From IMG/VR virus record IMGVR_UViG_3300050343_000139: a DNA stretch of 64,000 nt; one strand, given 5' to 3'. The notes under the pieces were generated by a model, which was not told where the DNA came from, ran no database searches, and saw only the letters and a list, made by a program, of their open reading frames with translations. Origin of the DNA: an uncultured virus (IMG/VR IMGVR_UViG_3300050343_000139) (taxonomy: Duplodnaviria; Heunggongvirae; Uroviricota; Caudoviricetes). Positions 16,742 to 26,960 of the stretch are shown piece by piece. The first letter of the stretch is position 1. Every line of letters begins with the position of its first letter. The position numbers and the translations under genes were made by a program.

Positions 16742-19555
16742 TTAAAATCTCCTGGTCATTAATGCACCAGCTTGAGAAATTATTTGTGAAGCTATAATTA
16801 TTGGAACTACAACTTCTTGAGCTTTCTCTTTCTGGTCGCTTGTCATGTCAGAACCAATCGACCCCAAATCCATCTCTCTTATATTAACACTAAGTAGCTC
16901 CCCGACTGGGTTTTCCAAGAAGGCCTCAACCTGTACTTCAGTCACTACGTCAGCCAAAGTAAAGTTTTCTACATCTTGATTTTCAATAGCTCTATCAACA
17001 AACTCATTAAGCGCTTGTGCTGTATTTTCATCTGAAGCTGCTTGTTCTGCAATAATTGTAAGGTCTTCAGAGGCTTCTTCTTCTGTAAAACCTAGAACTT
17101 GACCAACTTCAGTCTTTTCTTCCTCAGATAGTTCAGCTACAGTCTCTACTTTGGTAACTTCTTTGACAACAGCTTGAACTATTTTCTGTGTAGTTTTATC
17201 AGCTGTACCTAGGTTTTGTATCTTGGTTTCTGCAACTGCTTGGACAACTTTAACCTTTTCTTCTGTAGGTAATTCTGCAACGGCTGCCTCGACTTTTTCT
17301 GTAAGCTCTTCGTCTGCTTTTTCTTCTGCTTCAAAAACTTCCTCCTCTGTTAAGCCTTCGATATCAATAGGCTCTTCTTCTACTATCTCAATTATAACGA
17401 CTTCTGCAATTGCTTCTTCAGTCTCTTCAACTAAAATTTCTACTTCTTCCTCAGTCAGCTGTACTTCTTCAACCTCATCTTTAAATAAGTCTCCGAAGAC
17501 ACCATCTTCTTCAATAGGTAAAGGTAGTTCCTCTTCAATAATCTCTTCAATCGGTTCAAAAACTTCTTCATCTTCTATTGGTAATTCCTCTTCAATAATT
17601 TCTTCTTCTATGATAAGTACTATGTCTTCTGGAATTTCAGTAAAAAGTTGTTCTTCTTCTACTATATAAGTATCTTTATTGTCTTCAAAAAACTTATCTA
17701 CTTCTAAATAAGTCTCAACAAATTCTTGAAAAAATGCTTCTTGTTCTTCAATCTGTTCTTCAGTAAGTGGAATACATTCTTCTTCAAAGCACTCAGTGCC
17801 GTCTTCAGACCATCCATCGTTAGCAAAGAAAGTAAGGTCTTGTATCTCTGTAAAAACATCTTCATAGAGTACTTTAAAATCTTCCTCTGAGAGTGGGTTG
17901 AGTATAATATCATCGCCTTCAAAAAGCTCGTCTTCCACATCTGTTTCATCGTCAGTATCAATTTCATCTTCATCATCAAACTCTATTATATCAGAATCTT
18001 CCTTAACTTTATTCTCATCGTATATAGGCATATCATCTGTTTCGTCAGTAGGGTCAACTAAATATCCGTCATTGGCATAATTATCTTCCTCATACTCGCA
18101 ATCGCCCCTAGCTATCTGAGCGTCAGTCATAAAGCAATTAAATTCTAATTCATTATCAGCACGCTCTTGGTCTCTTGAAGTTGTTCCATCATTAACATCA
18201 GCTTGTGTATAGGTTTTATCAACACCCTCGATAACTACATCCACAATAATTTCTTCTGGAGCTGGAGGAGGTGGAGGAGGAGGTGGAGGAGGTGCTACAT
18301 AAATTGTAGTAGTAGTTGTAGTAGTAGTTACTGATGTATTTGAGTTGACAGTTACAGTGGTAGAACCATTAGATTGACCGTGACAATTAGAACCATTTTG
18401 AGTACAAGCCAATACTCTCATATAATATGTACCTGCATCAATATTTTTTATTGTGTGAGATGTTGCAGTTATTCCAGTTACTGTTGTTACTACAGAAGGG
18501 TCTACTTCATAAGGAGCTCCCTCAGTACTAAAATCTATCATGAAGCTTGTAGGTTCTCCCCAACCAGTAGCTGGAGCAGTCCAAGTAAAATCTAAACCTT
18601 GATACTCGGTATTACTAATAGTTATATTTGTTGGACCTGCTGCTACATCTTGTATTACATAACTAGCTACAGCAGTCCAATTTGAGTATTGAGAGTTGGT
18701 ATCATTGTCTGCTCTTACTTTAAAGTAAATAGTATCACCTGCATCAAACTCTGAATCTAAATATGTTTTAGTAAATGTATATTCTGTATTTAAAGCATTA
18801 GCACTTCCGACATTACCTGTTGCTACTGCATAGTTCATACTTTGAAAGTTGTCATTACTAAAAGCTATTGCGTATCTTTCTGCATTAGTTTGATACCCTG
18901 TAGCTGCATCCCAGTCAATAGATATACTACCGCTATGTAAGTTTGCAGAAACAGTTAGATTAGCTGGGTCTCCGATACCACTTGTCAATACAGTTGTTGT
19001 AGTAGTAGTCGTAGTAGCAAAACTACCAGTAGAAACTGAGTCATCATATTGCCAATACAATGTATCAAGCAAAGATATGTCAACTAGAGTTACAGCAAAC
19101 GAAGTTATAAATTTGTCTGTGTTTTCTTCTACTGCGTTGTAATCAGTAAATGATTTATAGAAGTCGTCATACATATTGTCAAAATTAGAAGTACTTTGAG
19201 CGGATTTGTTTTCTGTTTCGCTTGTGCTGTCTGCATAATTCCAAGTAACCGAGTAGGCATTGTTTACTGCACCTATCATAAAACCTACTTCATAGACTTT
19301 TATCTCACTAGAGAATGTAAAGGTATAAGTTCCATCCCTTAGTGCTAACGAAGGACCTGTTGTGTTATAAGAACCTTGTTCGCCTGTATAAATATAGGCA
19401 TCTTGACTACCACCACTAATAGTTAAACCTGCTTGATAAGTGCTATCACTAAAGTCTTCATTGACTGTTACCTCTGCACCCATAGCTATAGGTAAAGGAT
19501 ATATAAGTAGTAATACTACAGATAGCCTAAGAAATGTATTTAACTTGTTTAACAA
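16742..19555 (-). CDS. large exported acidic protein with Fn3-like domains
   Basis: N-terminal signal peptide, beta-rich domains (W..P...Y...VRA.N), poly-T and poly-P linkers, ~400-aa Glu-rich stalk, hydrophobic C-terminus. Confidence 0.8.
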   Translation of the reverse strand: MLNKLNTFLRLSVVLLLIYPLPIAMGAEVTVNEDFSDSTYQAGLTISGGSQDAYIYTGEQGSYNTTGPSLALRDGTYTFTFSSEIKVYEVGFMIGAVNNAYSVTWNYADSTSETENKSAQSTSNFDNMYDDFYKSFTDYNAVEENTDKFITSFAVTLVDISLLDTLYWQYDDSVSTGSFATTTTTTTTVLTSGIGDPANLTVSANLHSGSISIDWDAATGYQTNAERYAIAFSNDNFQSMNYAVATGNVGSANALNTEYTFTKTYLDSEFDAGDTIYFKVRADNDTNSQYSNWTAVASYVIQDVAAGPTNITISNTEYQGLDFTWTAPATGWGEPTSFMIDFSTEGAPYEVDPSVVTTVTGITATSHTIKNIDAGTYYMRVLACTQNGSNCHGQSNGSTTVTVNSNTSVTTTTTTTTIYVAPPPPPPPPPPAPEEIIVDVVIEGVDKTYTQADVNDGTTSRDQERADNELEFNCFMTDAQIARGDCEYEEDNYANDGYLVDPTDETDDMPIYDENKVKEDSDIIEFDDEDEIDTDDETDVEDELFEGDDIILNPLSEEDFKVLYEDVFTEIQDLTFFANDGWSEDGTECFEEECIPLTEEQIEEQEAFFQEFVETYLEVDKFFEDNKDTYIVEEEQLFTEIPEDIVLIIEEEIIEEELPIEDEEVFEPIEEIIEEELPLPIEEDGVFGDLFKDEVEEVQLTEEEVEILVEETEEAIAEVVIIEIVEEEPIDIEGLTEEEVFEAEEKADEELTEKVEAAVAELPTEEKVKVVQAVAETKIQNLGTADKTTQKIVQAVVKEVTKVETVAELSEEEKTEVGQVLGFTEEEASEDLTIIAEQAASDENTAQALNEFVDRAIENQDVENFTLADVVTEVQVEAFLENPVGELLSVNIREMDLGSIGSDMTSDQKEKAQEVVVPIIIASQIISQAGALMTRRF

Positions 19556-19567
19556 TTGTGCTCCCTG

Positions 19568-19936
19568 TTAGCGAGCACCTCCATCATATTCGGTAACTAA
19601 ACCTTCTGCTAACATCATTTTGTTGATTGATTGTTTGCGACTTCCACTAACGATAAATAATTCACCTATTACACGACCATACTTCCCATATTCATATGAC
19701 TTTAACATTATTTCTTTTGATGAACCCACTGCTTTAGGGTCAATCTTATTTATAAGCCATTCTTTGGCTATAAGTCCTCGTTTTTTTTCTTCCAAATCTC
19801 TTGTACGAGTTTCTGGTGCATTGACTCCAGCAAATCTGATACGTTTGTGTATTTTGAGATTATAACCCAAATCAATCCAGCAATCGACAGTATCCCCATC
19901 GACAACTCGGTCAATTGAAATTCGATATTCATACAT
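19568..19936 (-). CDS. staphylococcal nuclease (SNase)-like protein
   Basis: RVVDGDT...IR..GVNAPE...GKYGR.IG...IN..M..EG....YDGG. Confidence 0.9.
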   Translation of the reverse strand: MYEYRISIDRVVDGDTVDCWIDLGYNLKIHKRIRFAGVNAPETRTRDLEEKKRGLIAKEWLINKIDPKAVGSSKEIMLKSYEYGKYGRVIGELFIVSGSRKQSINKMMLAEGLVTEYDGGAR

Positions 19937-20069
19937 TTTTTAAATCACCATTTTTGTCTAATTCTTTATTATGCGCAGTGCATATTTTATTATTGCATAG
20001 AATAGGTGATTTTTCCGTATTTAAAACACATGCACAATAACTACAAAAAGTGAAATTATTATATCTCAA
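19929..20069 (-). CDS. 46-aa zinc-finger peptide
   Basis: TTG start; FCSYC...LCNNKIC; overlaps the nuclease start. Confidence 0.5.
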   Translation of the reverse strand: MRYNNFTFCSYCACVLNTEKSPILCNNKICTAHNKELDKNGDLKNV

Positions 20070-20089
20070 AGTTGATTCCTGGTTGATTA

Positions 20090-20115
20090 TTATGCTGGCT
20101 TTTACACCAGCATAA
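20090..20115 (-). terminator. hairpin after the holin
   Basis: TTATGCTGG/CCAGCATAA inverted repeat. Confidence 0.5.
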
Positions 20116-20122
20116 AGAATAT

Positions 20123-20359
20123 TTACCCTTTAGGTATCTTGGACATGAAAGCAAATGGTGCATCTTCCAAAGCATTTTGTATCACTGATACAACTGCTGA
20201 GGCTCCTGCAACTAGTGCTGCCATTATTACGTCTGCTTCAAACATTCCTGCTTGATTAGCTATCATTACTGCAACAAATGCTTGAACAAATGTACGTCCT
20301 GCTCTTATTGCTGCATTTTTAATATAGACCTTTGAGTCTACTTTTTTCGATTTTGCCAT
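20123..20359 (-). CDS. holin (actinophage/r1t-like)
   Basis: A.IRA.RTFVQAF.A plus two TM helices. Confidence 0.8.
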   Translation of the reverse strand: MAKSKKVDSKVYIKNAAIRAGRTFVQAFVAVMIANQAGMFEADVIMAALVAGASAVVSVIQNALEDAPFAFMSKIPKG

Positions 20360-20373
20360 AGTTACTCCTATGT

Positions 20374-20916
20374 TTAATTTATGAATTTACCTTTTTTAGC
20401 AGCTTCGAGAACTTTTACTTGTCCTCTTAAGTCAGCTACCACATTAGGTAAAGCTATTAAATCTTTTATGTTTGTGTATTGTATTGTTACGTCTTCACCA
20501 GCTAAGATAGCATCTGCAACTTTAGGGTACATTTTTTTGTATGCAACACCACTGTTCCCGACAAATCCATCTTTGCCTTTATCTAAATCTGTTTGAGTTT
20601 CTCCAATTATGTAACAACCACTGGTGTGCTGGTCGGTGTTCCCCGTATGGATTAATATCCACTGAAATCCAGGAACATCTTGTAACCAAAGCATACCTTT
20701 ATGAAAGGCACCATATTTTGCTACATACTTTGAATGAAAGCCACCTTCTGTTCTTAGCTTGATTTCGTATTCACCTTCGGGAATACAGGTCTCATGCATA
20801 ACCTTTACATCTCTATATTCATCTTCAAGTCCGTAGCATTCAAATTCGCCATCAATAAATAAAAGAGAATTGGTGGCATCTGCGCCGAACTGAAATCTTA
20901 TTACATCTAATTTCAT
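20374..20916 (-). CDS. DUF5675-like protein, putative endolysin
   Basis: CYGLED, TCIPEGEY, L.DVPGF..ILIH.GN....TSGC; adjacent to the holin. Confidence 0.75.
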   Translation of the reverse strand: MKLDVIRFQFGADATNSLLFIDGEFECYGLEDEYRDVKVMHETCIPEGEYEIKLRTEGGFHSKYVAKYGAFHKGMLWLQDVPGFQWILIHTGNTDQHTSGCYIIGETQTDLDKGKDGFVGNSGVAYKKMYPKVADAILAGEDVTIQYTNIKDLIALPNVVADLRGQVKVLEAAKKGKFIN

Positions 20917-20952
20917 ACTAATAGTTTAGTAGAAGTTTAAAATCATAGTGGT

Positions 20953-22170
20953 TTATAGTACTTGTAGATTATCCCATTGTAACTGGGGTTTTCCAGGTGT
21001 TAAAGAAAAAGTTAAAGTACCAGCGTAAGAAGTCTTACCTGATATGTTCTCAAACCAATCTGAACCACCGTCTACAGACGGACACTGCATTAAGGTTCTC
21101 TTGCCCTCATTGATAACAAATAAATGATGAAAATGACCAGATATAAGAATATCTGCATCACCCATATCTGTCATACCAAAAGCTTGACCAGACAACCAGT
21201 TAACTGCTTTTTGATGTGAGTACCTACCACCAGTACGAAACTGATGTCCATGAGCTATACCAACTATTGTTCCAGATATGTCTAAAGTAAGCCACAAATC
21301 ATTTTCTGGTATAACAAACTTCATATGCTTATATGCTGGGTTCTCTGCAAATATTTCTGCAGCCTCATCAAATATACTTACATCAAAGTTATCTCCAAGA
21401 GTTGTAAAGCTCTTACCTTTTTGGTTTCTATTTTCTCCATGATTTCCAGGCACACAAGCAACAACTACATTTTTAAATAGTGGTGCCCATTCTTTTAAAG
21501 CCTTAACCAAGAGTCTTCTAGCTATCATCTTTTGACGACGAAGGTCATACTCTACTGAAAAAGTTTGCATTTCGTAATGACCTTCACAGCCCTCTACAAT
21601 ATCACCTAAACCAAAAACATAAAGATTAGAAAGTTCTTCTCCTTGTTTTCTAAGTTCATTTATTCGAGCTGTAACATCAGGTATCATCTGCTCTACTCTA
21701 CCAACTATACCCTTTGTACCATCTCCATCGCGCTTTCCCATTTGCCAGTCACTTAGACAAACTACAAATGATGCTGCACCTTTTACTTTTTGTGGTTTTG
21801 GTTTGTGCTTTTTGATTTCAGAAAGAAGTTCTTTAAAGTCAAAATCTTTTTCTGCTATCGCATTTCGAGAAATAATTTTGGCTTTGTAGTAGTAAAACTG
21901 TTCAGTCTCCCCACCACCCATATTAGCTGTCCATGTTCTAATCTCAAATGGCTCTATAATATCAAAGTCATCTGGATTGAAACCTAGTTCAGCTAAGTAA
22001 GTATCCCATTTATGGTCTTCGGGCTTTTCTGCTTTAGGCATAGGTTTAGAAACTATTTCTTTTTTAGCAGTATCTAATCCTGGTTCCCAACCTTTAGGAT
22101 GTTCTTTTCTTTTTTTAACAGCATTAGGATAAGCTCTATCAGACTTGGCATAGTCTTCTAGGCTAGACAT
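20953..22170 (-). CDS. metallophosphoesterase (calcineurin-like)
   Basis: SDWQ.GK, LGD..EG, GNHGE, HGH, GHFHH motifs. Confidence 0.88.
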   Translation of the reverse strand: MSSLEDYAKSDRAYPNAVKKRKEHPKGWEPGLDTAKKEIVSKPMPKAEKPEDHKWDTYLAELGFNPDDFDIIEPFEIRTWTANMGGGETEQFYYYKAKIISRNAIAEKDFDFKELLSEIKKHKPKPQKVKGAASFVVCLSDWQMGKRDGDGTKGIVGRVEQMIPDVTARINELRKQGEELSNLYVFGLGDIVEGCEGHYEMQTFSVEYDLRRQKMIARRLLVKALKEWAPLFKNVVVACVPGNHGENRNQKGKSFTTLGDNFDVSIFDEAAEIFAENPAYKHMKFVIPENDLWLTLDISGTIVGIAHGHQFRTGGRYSHQKAVNWLSGQAFGMTDMGDADILISGHFHHLFVINEGKRTLMQCPSVDGGSDWFENISGKTSYAGTLTFSLTPGKPQLQWDNLQVL

Positions 22171-22387
22171 AAGATTCTGTTTTTAATTGTTCCCTTATTG
22201 TATGTTCACTGAGAGGACAACCTTTCTCTTTTTGTAACCATCTTGCAATCATTGAAGCAGGTAATCCACTTTTGTAACCTTTAACTGCTTCTTCAAAAGC
22301 TTTTTTATTAGCTTCATTTTTATCTTTCCATGCTGTATAGCCTGTTCTAACATGGTCATTTTTAGCGAAATCATCAAGACTTTTCAC
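22163..22387 (-). CDS. small HTH-like protein
   Basis: ASMIARWL...SEHTIR; N-terminus SL.D.AK.D matches that of the phosphoesterase. Confidence 0.6.
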   Translation of the reverse strand: MKSLDDFAKNDHVRTGYTAWKDKNEANKKAFEEAVKGYKSGLPASMIARWLQKEKGCPLSEHTIREQLKTESYV

Positions 22388-22599
22388 TATTCCTCCTCTA
22401 CATTCGGCTCTTGTGATGGGTTAGCAAATTGAGTAACTAAAGCTTTCAATCTTGAGTTTTCAATTTCTTTAGCTGCCACCTTATCACCTAAATCTTTTAC
22501 CATTAAAGATAGTTGTCTATTAGATGACTGTAGGTTATTAGCAATTTCTACTAACTGTGTTGTCTCCAACTGAACTTTTTCTTCTGAGTTTTCAGACAT
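22387..22599 (-). CDS. coiled-coil hypothetical protein
   Basis: Heptad pattern; GGGAGG SD. Confidence 0.65.
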   Translation of the reverse strand: MSENSEEKVQLETTQLVEIANNLQSSNRQLSLMVKDLGDKVAAKEIENSRLKALVTQFANPSQEPNVEEE

Positions 22600-22680
22600 G
22601 ATTCCTCCTATAGAACATTTGTACTAATATTCTATCATAATTTCTAAAAAAGTTGCGTATTTAAGTTTGTTCTTTAATCT

Positions 22681-22878
22681 CTATTTAGGGAACTTTTTAG
22701 CAATCTTTAAGTAAAGGTTTACCAAGTCGTCTGCATCTTGTACTAAATTTATGCCATTAATTCTCATATAGTTAAATTGTTTTAGAACAATCTCTCTTAC
22801 ATCATCATGGTCTATAAGTTCATCTATGACTTGACTTCTTTTTGTTCCTTCAGCGAAGTTGTTTAATTTTTCATCCAT
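22681..22878 (-). CDS. hypothetical protein
   Basis: 65 aa with TATAAT just upstream (near-leaderless). Confidence 0.65.
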   Translation of the reverse strand: MDEKLNNFAEGTKRSQVIDELIDHDDVREIVLKQFNYMRINGINLVQDADDLVNLYLKIAKKFPK

Positions 22879-22925
22879 GTTTAGATTATAAGCTATAAAT
22901 GATAACTTTTTGGGATTTTAAAAGC

Positions 22926-22958
22926 GAAAGACCCGACATGTGGTGGTTCGGGTCTTTC
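22926..22958 (-). terminator. intrinsic terminator after the sulfation trio
   Basis: GAAAGACCCGA/TCGGGTCTTTC stem followed by GCTTTT. Confidence 0.7.
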
Positions 22959-22984
22959 TTACCTAATGGTGGTTAGGTTAAACT

Positions 22985-23383
22985 TTAAGGCTCTATTATA
23001 TTTTCGTGCGAAGCGAGAATATCTTTACCTATCTCTTTCATTTTAGCACGAATACCTGTGGCTGATATCTTTTGTATTTCATCTGGTAGTACAATCTCTT
23101 CTATTGCATAACCTACACCACGACCATAACTTATGTTGGTAATGTTAGGTACTAGCTGTACTACAAACTTACCTTCATACTCTGGAATAAGTGCTTCTTC
23201 AATCTTTTCTTTTACGAAATCAAAGTCAAATGGATTACTATCGTCAGTGCCACCAGTGTCTCTGACCATAATACATACTTGACCTGTTTTCTTTAAAGCT
23301 TCTTTAAATAGAGCTAAGTGACCATCGTGAAATGGTTGCCATCTACCAAGCATTTGTACTGTAGGTTTTTTAGGGTCAAACAT
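22985..23383 (-). CDS. HIGH-superfamily nucleotidyltransferase
   Basis: GRWQPFHDGH, NPF, YGR.VGY, ISATGIR motifs. Confidence 0.85.
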   Translation of the reverse strand: MFDPKKPTVQMLGRWQPFHDGHLALFKEALKKTGQVCIMVRDTGGTDDSNPFDFDFVKEKIEEALIPEYEGKFVVQLVPNITNISYGRGVGYAIEEIVLPDEIQKISATGIRAKMKEIGKDILASHENIIEP

Positions 23384-23817
23384 TACTCTTCTTCTTGGTT
23401 AAGTAATTTGTAAGCTACTTCTTCTAAAATGTCATCTACTTGTTCCCAATCAGTAATGGTATAAGTAGGTTTTTTTAATGGTTCTTCAAAAGCTTTATTT
23501 GTATCTTCGTACGGAGACTCTTCTATAGTATTTACATATATAGTCATATCCCATTGAGGCATTTCTCTATAGACATTAAAGGGACAAACAAAATCAACAA
23601 TAGTGTTAAAACCATCTGCTTCATTTAGTTTACCTATGGCAGACATTCTTAAAGCTTGTCTTTGTCTAGCCTGTGGAGTAAACTCCCAGTCTCCAAATGC
23701 TTCCCTTACTTTATCAGCATTTACATGTCTGATTACACCAGTACCTACTTTATCTACAAGCTTTGAAGCAAATGTAGATTTACCAGATGTTGGTAGTCCA
23801 TAAATTAATATATTCAT
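23383..23817 (-). CDS. adenylylsulfate (APS) kinase-like P-loop kinase
   Basis: GLPTSGKST, NAD.VR, D..F....R.RQ, DFVCP, FEEP. Confidence 0.8.
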   Translation of the reverse strand: MNILIYGLPTSGKSTFASKLVDKVGTGVIRHVNADKVREAFGDWEFTPQARQRQALRMSAIGKLNEADGFNTIVDFVCPFNVYREMPQWDMTIYVNTIEESPYEDTNKAFEEPLKKPTYTITDWEQVDDILEEVAYKLLNQEEE

Positions 23818-24635
23818 TTATTATATTTCTCCTCTAATTGTTCTGGTGTGTATATAAGTTCATTCATATTCAACCATCTATTATATATATTCTTAGGAAA
23901 TAAAAACTCTATATCATGAGTTGATTTTTCTATAGAACCTTCTTTAAGCTTATGTAGGTTCGTACCTACTCTTGTATCATTGTACTTTTGACCTTCAAAT
24001 TCAAACTGCTTTATGTTTTCATAATCGTGGTCAAATTTCTCTACCTCTAAAAAGTTATACAGATTGTTTATTACATTTTCTGTATCACCAGTTAAATCTT
24101 TGTAGTCTATATACATAACATCAATATCATTCTTTTCTTCTAAATACTTTTGATATGTGTAAATCATTCTTGCTGATGTCTGAACATTTCCATACTGTGA
24201 CAAGTAAGACATAACATCTTCTGGTTTACGAGATGTTACATTTGTATATATAAAGTTATCTACATTCTCGTTTGCCCACTTAATAAAGCTAGCAAACACT
24301 TCAAATATATCTCTTTGTAAAATTATAACTTTAGGGTTGTCAGAAAGTCTTTTAACAACTTCTGGAAACCATTGACCTCTATCTATAATATTACTTGCTT
24401 TGTAATCTGAATACCAAGCCTGTGCAGTTTTTCTTGCTAATGTGTCTTGTTCTGAAGACCAATCAAAATTTTCCCAAGTTTCACCTTCAAATGATTGATG
24501 AAGAGTACTTACTGTTCTACTTAAAGGACTTAAGGGGCTAACTTGTAAGTCTGGATTTTGATTGATTATGCCACCTAATACTGTGTTACCAGCACGAGGC
24601 ATACCAACTAAATGAAATATATTTTTGTCCACCAT
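23814..24635 (-). CDS. sulfotransferase family protein
   Basis: GMPRAGNT (5'-PSB loop), I.NQNP, R...EV.AS (3'-PB), Y.DL......I..LYNFL. Confidence 0.85.
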   Translation of the reverse strand: MVDKNIFHLVGMPRAGNTVLGGIINQNPDLQVSPLSPLSRTVSTLHQSFEGETWENFDWSSEQDTLARKTAQAWYSDYKASNIIDRGQWFPEVVKRLSDNPKVIILQRDIFEVFASFIKWANENVDNFIYTNVTSRKPEDVMSYLSQYGNVQTSARMIYTYQKYLEEKNDIDVMYIDYKDLTGDTENVINNLYNFLEVEKFDHDYENIKQFEFEGQKYNDTRVGTNLHKLKEGSIEKSTHDIEFLFPKNIYNRWLNMNELIYTPEQLEEKYNK

Positions 24636-24667
24636 TCCTCCCAGAATATTTACTTAATTATACTATA

Positions 24668-26167
24668 TTATATTGCATCCGTTTTTAGATTACTAAATAA
24701 TACTGTTCCAGTATTTGCACCTACACCTACACTGTGATATGTTAAGTCAAACATTATAAATCCGGTTTGTGTTAAGGTATAACTTGTATCTGAACCACCA
24801 GCTGGAAACGAACTGTCAAATCTTACATCTGTAACAGCTGTTGCAGATGTTGCAGTAGAATAATCTGTAACTGTTTCTACATTACTACTAGTAATTCTTG
24901 AAAAAGCTAAATTGTTTATGTCAATTTTAAAAGTATAATTGCTAGCATTGTTGTTTCTTATCATAATTTTATAATCTTTAGGACCACCATGACCTTGAGC
25001 AATAAGTATTTTATTTAGTCTATAACCACCCGAATATACATCACCCATTAAGATTCTACCACTTGTCGCAGGAGCAATCCACTTTAATACATATTGGTCA
25101 CTAGAATTATGGTAAAGTTTTCCATCGAAGGTTCCTCCAGCAGATGTAAGACTACCAACAGTCATTTGATGAGAAACATTTACAGCATTACCTGTTGTAA
25201 TAATTTCTTCATAATTAACACCAGTAGTGTTTTCGAAATCAACACCAGCTTTTAAGGCTATTTTTGAACCTTTATTAGAAGTAGTTGCACCATTTGGACC
25301 AGAACTGCCCGGATTTGTAAAACCACCTGTAAAAAAGTTAATATCGCTTCCAATACCACGAGTGTCATAATCAGCTTTACCAAAAGACATAACTGGATGT
25401 GGTCCACCCATAGCTGTAGAGTTCCAGAAAGTTAATAGGTTGTTCGGTGCGTCATATCCATAGTAACCAACGCTGTTACCTTCAACGAAGTTTGTAATAC
25501 CAGATAGGAATGCTCTATTTCCTGCAAACTCTCCGCCCGGTACATATCCGTTATCAAAGTAATCATTAGTGTTAACTGTGAATGCAATACCACCTGCGTG
25601 TTGGTCTATATTTCTATATCTATTAGACATTGCAGTTTGAGGTGGGTTAGAGGCTAATTCTAAAATTGGAGAAGAGCGCTGTGTCTTTTCTGACTCTAAT
25701 GAGTTATAACCTACTGGACCAAATCTTAAATCTGCTTCAGTTGCACCAGAATGTGCAGCAGGGTGTCCTGCTGGTAAAAATTTAGAAACTGTTTGATTGT
25801 TTAAAGTTTGTGACCAACCCCAATTTGCAGTGGTATTATCACCGCTAAATGAATTCCAATCACTACCACTTATTGGTTGATATCCACCTGTATCTCTAGC
25901 ATATTGAGTACTCTCAATAGTTATTACACCATCATACTCTGCGTCATCTACATTGATAAAAGTACTTGATTGCCATTTTGCACCATCGTAATATTCTAAT
26001 TTTTTAGTATCTGTATTAAATCTTGTTTCACCAGCTGAACCGGATGAGTCTCTTTGTGCAGTAGTACCAGTAGGTAATTGAACACCAGAGTCAGCACCGT
26101 CTGCAAATTCTTTAAGTCCTGTAGAGTCTCCGCCAGATTCTACGACATGAATTGGTCTATTGGCCAT
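24668..26167 (-). CDS. tail fibre/receptor-binding protein
   Basis: LPTGTTAQR...RFNT....EYYDG..W virion module followed by a unique beta-rich head. Confidence 0.7.
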   Translation of the reverse strand: MANRPIHVVESGGDSTGLKEFADGADSGVQLPTGTTAQRDSSGSAGETRFNTDTKKLEYYDGAKWQSSTFINVDDAEYDGVITIESTQYARDTGGYQPISGSDWNSFSGDNTTANWGWSQTLNNQTVSKFLPAGHPAAHSGATEADLRFGPVGYNSLESEKTQRSSPILELASNPPQTAMSNRYRNIDQHAGGIAFTVNTNDYFDNGYVPGGEFAGNRAFLSGITNFVEGNSVGYYGYDAPNNLLTFWNSTAMGGPHPVMSFGKADYDTRGIGSDINFFTGGFTNPGSSGPNGATTSNKGSKIALKAGVDFENTTGVNYEEIITTGNAVNVSHQMTVGSLTSAGGTFDGKLYHNSSDQYVLKWIAPATSGRILMGDVYSGGYRLNKILIAQGHGGPKDYKIMIRNNNASNYTFKIDINNLAFSRITSSNVETVTDYSTATSATAVTDVRFDSSFPAGGSDTSYTLTQTGFIMFDLTYHSVGVGANTGTVLFSNLKTDAI

Positions 26168-26234
26168 TTATTATTTCTCCATCTTGAAAGATATCATTAT
26201 TTTAACACAGCGTATTACAATTTATGTGTTTTTA

Positions 26235-26960
26235 CTAAACTAGGTTTTCTCTAATAAGTTTAAGAGTTTTCTTTAACATTTTACTTTCATGAAATCTTGC
26301 ATATCTATTAATTAAAGGAACATTTACTTCCCATGTGCTAGCAGTAGCACAAACAGTCATAATTCTTGATAAATCATCTGACATATGAAACATTTCAAAG
26401 TTTATTTTTTTATTTGTTAAAAAGTTTAAAAACGCCAATGGCTCATCTTTTTTAATTTTAAATTCTTTTTTATTTTCCCATAAGTTTATTTCTGTCTGTA
26501 TAGGTCTAAACCAGCTACCAATATTGTATTGGCCTGGTGTTACTGCACCATATTTTAAATGAGGTGCATTTAGAAAATAAGGAGCTGTAAACTGCATTTC
26601 TAAACTTTCTTCAGCAAAAAAGATAAGAGGATAATTATATTCAAAAAGTATTTGATTGTTGAGCTGCGGCTCTCTTTTGTATAATGCAGATAAAGAGTTT
26701 TTAGAAGTTGATTGCATGTCACCATCTAATGTATAACTTGACTCTATTGGATTCTCTACGACATAGGTATTGTTGGTTAGTCCTTTATATGCTGTGCAAG
26801 ACATAAATCCCCGATTTTGTACATCGCTACTTCTTTCTTTATTAATATTCTTTAATAGATATTTGTTAAGACTTATAGGCTCCTTGTAAAGGATTGACCA
26901 GTCTTGTGTTTCTTGTAAGTTATCTGGACTTGCATAATATACCGTTATTTCACTTTTCAT
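26235..26960 (-). CDS. dUTPase-like-fold hypothetical protein (copy 3)
   Basis: SC.A...Y....P; PG.YNIG.WFRP; IKKDEPL..L.F. Confidence 0.55.
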   Translation of the reverse strand: MKSEITVYYASPDNLQETQDWSILYKEPISLNKYLLKNINKERSSDVQNRGFMSCTAYKGLTNNTYVVENPIESSYTLDGDMQSTSKNSLSALYKREPQLNNQILFEYNYPLIFFAEESLEMQFTAPYFLNAPHLKYGAVTPGQYNIGSWFRPIQTEINLWENKKEFKIKKDEPLAFLNFLTNKKINFEMFHMSDDLSRIMTVCATASTWEVNVPLINRYARFHESKMLKKTLKLIRENLV

